From Mycobacterium tuberculosis H37Rv (GTDB taxonomy: Bacteria > Actinomycetota > Actinomycetes > Mycobacteriales > Mycobacteriaceae), in the NCBI RefSeq assembly GCF_000195955.2, contig NC_000962.3, positions 4,260,001 to 4,292,000 of the forward strand: DNA of 32,000 bases, given 5' to 3'. Each line of letters starts with the position of its first letter. Positions within the stretch are counted from its first letter, which is position 1. Under the pieces are notes generated by a model, which worked only from the letters and a program-made list of their open reading frames with translations, was not told the DNA's origin and did not search any database. The translations under genes and the position numbers were made by a program. Shown piece by piece: positions 28,260 to 32,000 of the stretch.

Positions 28260-31200
28260 CTAAAGCCTGAGCCCGTCGTGTAACCAAAGACCGATCAGAT
28301 CGTCGTCGTCGGGCGGTGATTGCTCTTCTTCTTCCTTGGGCAACAACGGCTTACGTTTGGTTCGTTGGGCACGGCCACGGCGTCGGCCAAGGGGCCACCA
28401 GGTTGCCGGCCGCCAGCTTGACGGCAACCACCAGTTCGCCTGCCCAACCAACACGGCAATGGCGGGCACGGTAACGGTACGCACCAAGAAGGTATCCAGC
28501 AAAAGCCCGGTCCCTAGGACGAACGCACCTTGAACCACGCTACCCAAGCTGGCGAATACCAGACCGTACATCGAGGCAGCCATGATCAAACCCGCCGCAG
28601 TGATCACACCACCTGTTGAGGCCACGGTCCGGATGACACCGGAACGCACCCCCAAGACGGCCTCTTCACGCAGCCTAGAAATAAGCAGCATATTGTAATC
28701 TGCGCCCACCGCGACCAATATAACGAAGGTCAATCCCGGAATGCTCCAATGCATTTCCTGACCGAGTAAAAATTGGAACACGATAACGCCAATACCGAGC
28801 GCCGCCAGGTACGATACGATAACCGAGCCGATCAGATACAGCGGTGCCACAATCGCACGCAGCAAAACGATCAATATGAGCAGAACGATGCAGACGGTCA
28901 TGGCGATGATCAATCGGAGGTCGTGATCGGAGTAGTCGCGCGTGTCCTTGAGAACGACGGGCAATCCGACGACAGACACCTTGGCATCGGCCAGTGCGGT
29001 ATTTGGTTGCGCCCCTCGAGCGGCCGCCGTGATCGCGTCAATTTGGTCCATGGCAGCAGTGCTGAATGGATTCAGGTCGGTTTGTATCAAATACCGTATT
29101 GAGTGGCCGTCGGGTGAAATGAAGGCCGCCGCGACTTTTTTGAGTTGGTCTACATTCAGCCCGCCTAGCAGATCCCGATACTCTGACGGCATCGTCTCGG
29201 CTTTGACGCTCTCACCGGTGGCATACGACAACAACTCCGGGGGAATATAGAACCCCGCCATCGCCGGCGTGGTCGCGGTGTCCTTCATTGCCAATAGGAA
29301 CGCCGAGGCCTCGCCCAACCCGAAACCCATCTTCTTCACCTGGTCGACCAACAACTGCACGCCCTCAGCCAGTTGCCGGCTCCCGTCGGCGAGATCATTG
29401 ACCCCCTTGTTCACCAGGTTGATCTTGGATCGCACACCACCAGGACTGCTCATCCCCAGTGAACCCATCGCCCTGATGACGGTGGCCAGCGCCCCGCGTA
29501 ATCCGGACACGGTGGCTGCCAGGGTCTGCACTGCGCGCGTGGCCTGCAGCTGTCGAGCCAACTCAGATATCTTTGCCAGCGTTCCGTCGTCGCGCGCTGT
29601 GACCAAACGCTGCAGTTCGGTGCGCGCACTGGCACAAGCCGGATCGGCAGTGCACATCGGGCTGCTATCCAGCGCCCCCAGCACCGGGCTTGCCCACTCG
29701 GTGTTGTTCGCTACAAAGCTCGCATCCGCGTCAATGGTGTCACCGAGTGCCCGCATGCTGCCGATCAGCTTCTCCGCGCCTTCCAGTTCGCCGAGAACCC
29801 TGTTGCCCCCGAGCAGGTCCTGAAGGTACGCCAGCGCGTCGATGAGGCCGCCGACCGTGGATATGGCCCGGTTAACTTGGGCCCGTACGTCGCCGAGTTT
29901 GCTCGCCATCAGGTTGGCTCCACCGGCCAGTTTGTCGATGTCGCCGGTGTGCACAGCGATCTGCTTGGAACCCTCATCCAGCTTGCTGCCGACTTCGCCA
30001 GCCTGCCAGGACGTCCGGGCCTGCTCCAGCGACCGTCCAGCGGGTCGGGTAATGCCCCTGACCATCGCGACACCCGGCACTTGGCTCACCCGCTGCACCA
30101 TCTGCTCTAGGTCGGCGAGAGCCTTCGGCGTGCGCAGATCCGTCGAGGATTGGATGAACAGGTACTCGGGAATGATCAGGTTAGACGGGAAATGCTTGTC
30201 CAACGCGGCATACCCGATCGAACTCTCGACGGAAGCCGGAAGCGTCTTGCGATCGTCGTAGTTGTACCGGGCCAGTCCTGCGCAGCCGGCCAGAATAACC
30301 AGCACCAGCGCGCTGGCGAGCAGATGAGTCTTGGGCCGACGCACGATGTGCACCCCCGAACTCCGCCAAAAGCGCCGGGTGAGGTCACGGCGCGGCGCGA
30401 TCCAACCGCGACGCCCGGTCAGCACCATCAGGGCGGGTAGCAGTGTGACAGCTGCGAAGAAGACCACGGCTACCGAGATTCCCAACATCGGACCAACCGT
30501 TTTGAGAATTCCCAGTTGGGTAAACACCATCCCGAGAAAGGTGATTGCTACGGTAGCCGCGGAGGCGGCGATCACCTTACCGATGGATGTCAATGCCTTC
30601 TTGACGGCTTGATCCGAATCCGCGCCCTGCCGTAAATAGTCGTGATATCGACTAATCAGAAATACCGCGTAATCCGTTCCCGCACCGACCATCATCCCGC
30701 TCATAAAAATAATGCTCTGGTTAGCAATACCGAGGCCCGCCAAGCCGGCTATTGCAACGAGGCGCTGTGCAACCACCACGGACATGCCAATTGTTATCAA
30801 TGGCAACACCATGGTGATCGGATTCCCGTAGATGATCAGCAAAATGACCAACAACAGGATCGTGATCGCAAACTCGATGCGACTGCGGTCCCGTTGCCCG
30901 GTGAGGTTCAGATCGGCGACGGTGGCCGCGGGCCCGGTCAGGTTAGCCGTCAGTGTCGAGCCTGCGACCTGGTGTTCGACGATGTCAGCGACGCGGGCGT
31001 ACGCCTGCTTGGACTGGGTCGAACCCAGGTCGCCGGGAAGGCCGACCGGCAGGATCCAGGCCTGATTGTCTTTGCTGGTCATGAGCTCCCGCAGGGGCGG
31101 TGTGGTGACGAAGTCCTGGAGCATCACGACGTCTCGAGTATCGCGTCGCAGGGCGTCAACCAGCTCTTTGTAGCTGCGTTCATCGGCCGCGCCGAGCCCT

Positions 31201-31529
31201 TTGGCATCGCTGAGCACCACCACCGCAACGCTCTGCAACCCGGCTTCACGAAATGCCGCGGTCATCTGCCGGGTCGAGACCAACACCGGGGCGTCCGATG
31301 GCAGAATCGCCACTGGATGCCGCTGGGAGATCGCGTCCAGGGACGGCACCGTCGGCGCAAGCAGACCCGCAAGCGCGACCCAGAAGGCGATCACCACCCA
31401 CGGCCTTCGGACGATAAGGCGCCCTAGCCGCGGAAAGACACCCCCGTCACCGGTTGGCCTAAGCGGTTTCGATCGTAAGTTCGTCGAGGGTCTCGGTGTT
31501 CTGACAGGCTGCATCAAGACGTCGCACAT
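28260..31529 (-). CDS. mmpL8: MmpL8, RND-superfamily lipid transporter of the sulfolipid-1 pathway
   Basis: 1089-aa ORF with two six-helix TM bundles and large periplasmic loops, typical of MmpL proteins. Recognised as Rv3823c. Confidence 0.95.
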   Translation of the reverse strand: MCDVLMQPVRTPRPSTNLRSKPLRPTGDGGVFPRLGRLIVRRPWVVIAFWVALAGLLAPTVPSLDAISQRHPVAILPSDAPVLVSTRQMTAAFREAGLQSVAVVVLSDAKGLGAADERSYKELVDALRRDTRDVVMLQDFVTTPPLRELMTSKDNQAWILPVGLPGDLGSTQSKQAYARVADIVEHQVAGSTLTANLTGPAATVADLNLTGQRDRSRIEFAITILLLVILLIIYGNPITMVLPLITIGMSVVVAQRLVAIAGLAGLGIANQSIIFMSGMMVGAGTDYAVFLISRYHDYLRQGADSDQAVKKALTSIGKVIAASAATVAITFLGMVFTQLGILKTVGPMLGISVAVVFFAAVTLLPALMVLTGRRGWIAPRRDLTRRFWRSSGVHIVRRPKTHLLASALVLVILAGCAGLARYNYDDRKTLPASVESSIGYAALDKHFPSNLIIPEYLFIQSSTDLRTPKALADLEQMVQRVSQVPGVAMVRGITRPAGRSLEQARTSWQAGEVGSKLDEGSKQIAVHTGDIDKLAGGANLMASKLGDVRAQVNRAISTVGGLIDALAYLQDLLGGNRVLGELEGAEKLIGSMRALGDTIDADASFVANNTEWASPVLGALDSSPMCTADPACASARTELQRLVTARDDGTLAKISELARQLQATRAVQTLAATVSGLRGALATVIRAMGSLGMSSPGGVRSKINLVNKGVNDLADGSRQLAEGVQLLVDQVKKMGFGLGEASAFLLAMKDTATTPAMAGFYIPPELLSYATGESVKAETMPSEYRDLLGGLNVDQLKKVAAAFISPDGHSIRYLIQTDLNPFSTAAMDQIDAITAAARGAQPNTALADAKVSVVGLPVVLKDTRDYSDHDLRLIIAMTVCIVLLILIVLLRAIVAPLYLIGSVIVSYLAALGIGVIVFQFLLGQEMHWSIPGLTFVILVAVGADYNMLLISRLREEAVLGVRSGVIRTVASTGGVITAAGLIMAASMYGLVFASLGSVVQGAFVLGTGLLLDTFLVRTVTVPAIAVLVGQANWWLPSSWRPATWWPLGRRRGRAQRTKRKPLLPKEEEEQSPPDDDDLIGLWLHDGLRL

Positions 31530-31638
31530 TCCTCATCTGCTCCGCACGTGCCCGCCTTGAGCGCCAGCCGTGGTGGTCGCTGTGAGGCGAGTGAGACAGC
31601 AGGGGATCGGTCACCTGACGAATTTACGTGCGCAACCA

Positions 31639-32000
31639 CTAAGCTTCTCTATCTACCGTCACATTCGCAACCTTTAGATTGCAGATATCGATAAAATCAC
31701 CCGCGCGACAAGACCGCCATGTCATCCTTTCGATGTTATTTCGCCGGCCTGGGGAAAGCGCAACGACGTTGCCTACACGTTCCGCCGTCCCACCGTTGGC
31801 AATGCGCATACACACCGATCTAATTGCCCTCAGATATGCGGTAACGGATTCGCGAGCGACCGGATTATCTGGGAATAGCACGCTCGCCGCGGTCTCGTCG
31901 AAACGACCGACCATCGTACTTAGCGGATAGGTGACCCTCCCGTCGCTGTAGGTACCAACGTTGAGGCCCTCGAACAGTTTCGTCACCGCCGAGAGCGGTC
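31639..32000 (-). CDS. papA1: PapA1 acyltransferase, C-terminal fragment (partial; continues beyond the right window edge)
   Basis: The C-terminus ...[31 protein letters not shown] is clearly paralogous to the PapA2 C-terminus (VLFPDNPIASESVANYIAAMKSIYIRTADG). Its position upstream of mmpL8 matches the SL-1 locus. Confidence 0.85.

Noticed and set aside
27912-28283. ORFs of 92 aa (-), 65 aa (-) and 90 aa (+) inside the chp1/mmpL8 spacer
   Set aside because: None has an SD, a motif or a plausible composition, and they overlap each other in different frames. The region is better explained as a non-coding inverted-repeat element.

Overview
The window is recognisably Mycobacterium tuberculosis complex chromosome (H37Rv-like, high GC). 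It is a dense, almost entirely well-characterised cell-envelope region. I call 25 CDS. In order they are: the 5' end of pks13 and fadD32 (mycolate condensation); culp6/Rv3802c; fbpD and fbpA (antigen 85 family); the arabinogalactan operon glf-glfT2-Rv3807c-ubiA-aftB; erp/pirG; csp/Rv3811; PE_PGRS62; an uncharacterised operon of three tandem PlsC-type acyltransferases plus a HAD phosphatase (Rv3816c-Rv3813c); a divergent uncharacterised trio (APH-like kinase, MBL-Rieske fusion, small coupled ORF; Rv3817-Rv3819); and most of the sulfolipid-1 locus (papA2, sap, chp1, mmpL8, 3' end of papA1). The ORF track omits the pks13 fragment at the left edge and over-extends several 5' ends; I corrected these using SD motifs, signal peptides and remembered protein lengths. 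I saw no tRNA, rRNA, CRISPR array or intact IS element. I do not see convincing evidence for a wholly new multi-gene system. The least-explained items are: (1) a frameshifted PIN/VapC-like gene remnant in the PE_PGRS62/Rv3813c convergent gap; (2) a ~290-bp segment bounded by 17-bp inverted repeats that fills the chp1/mmpL8 gap; (3) a 22-bp-period tandem operator-like repeat upstream of PE_PGRS62; (4) the triplicated acyltransferase/HAD operon; (5) the kinase/MBL-Rieske/small-ORF cluster. Gene identities rest on my recognition of the translated sequences and catalytic motifs, not on any search I could run.
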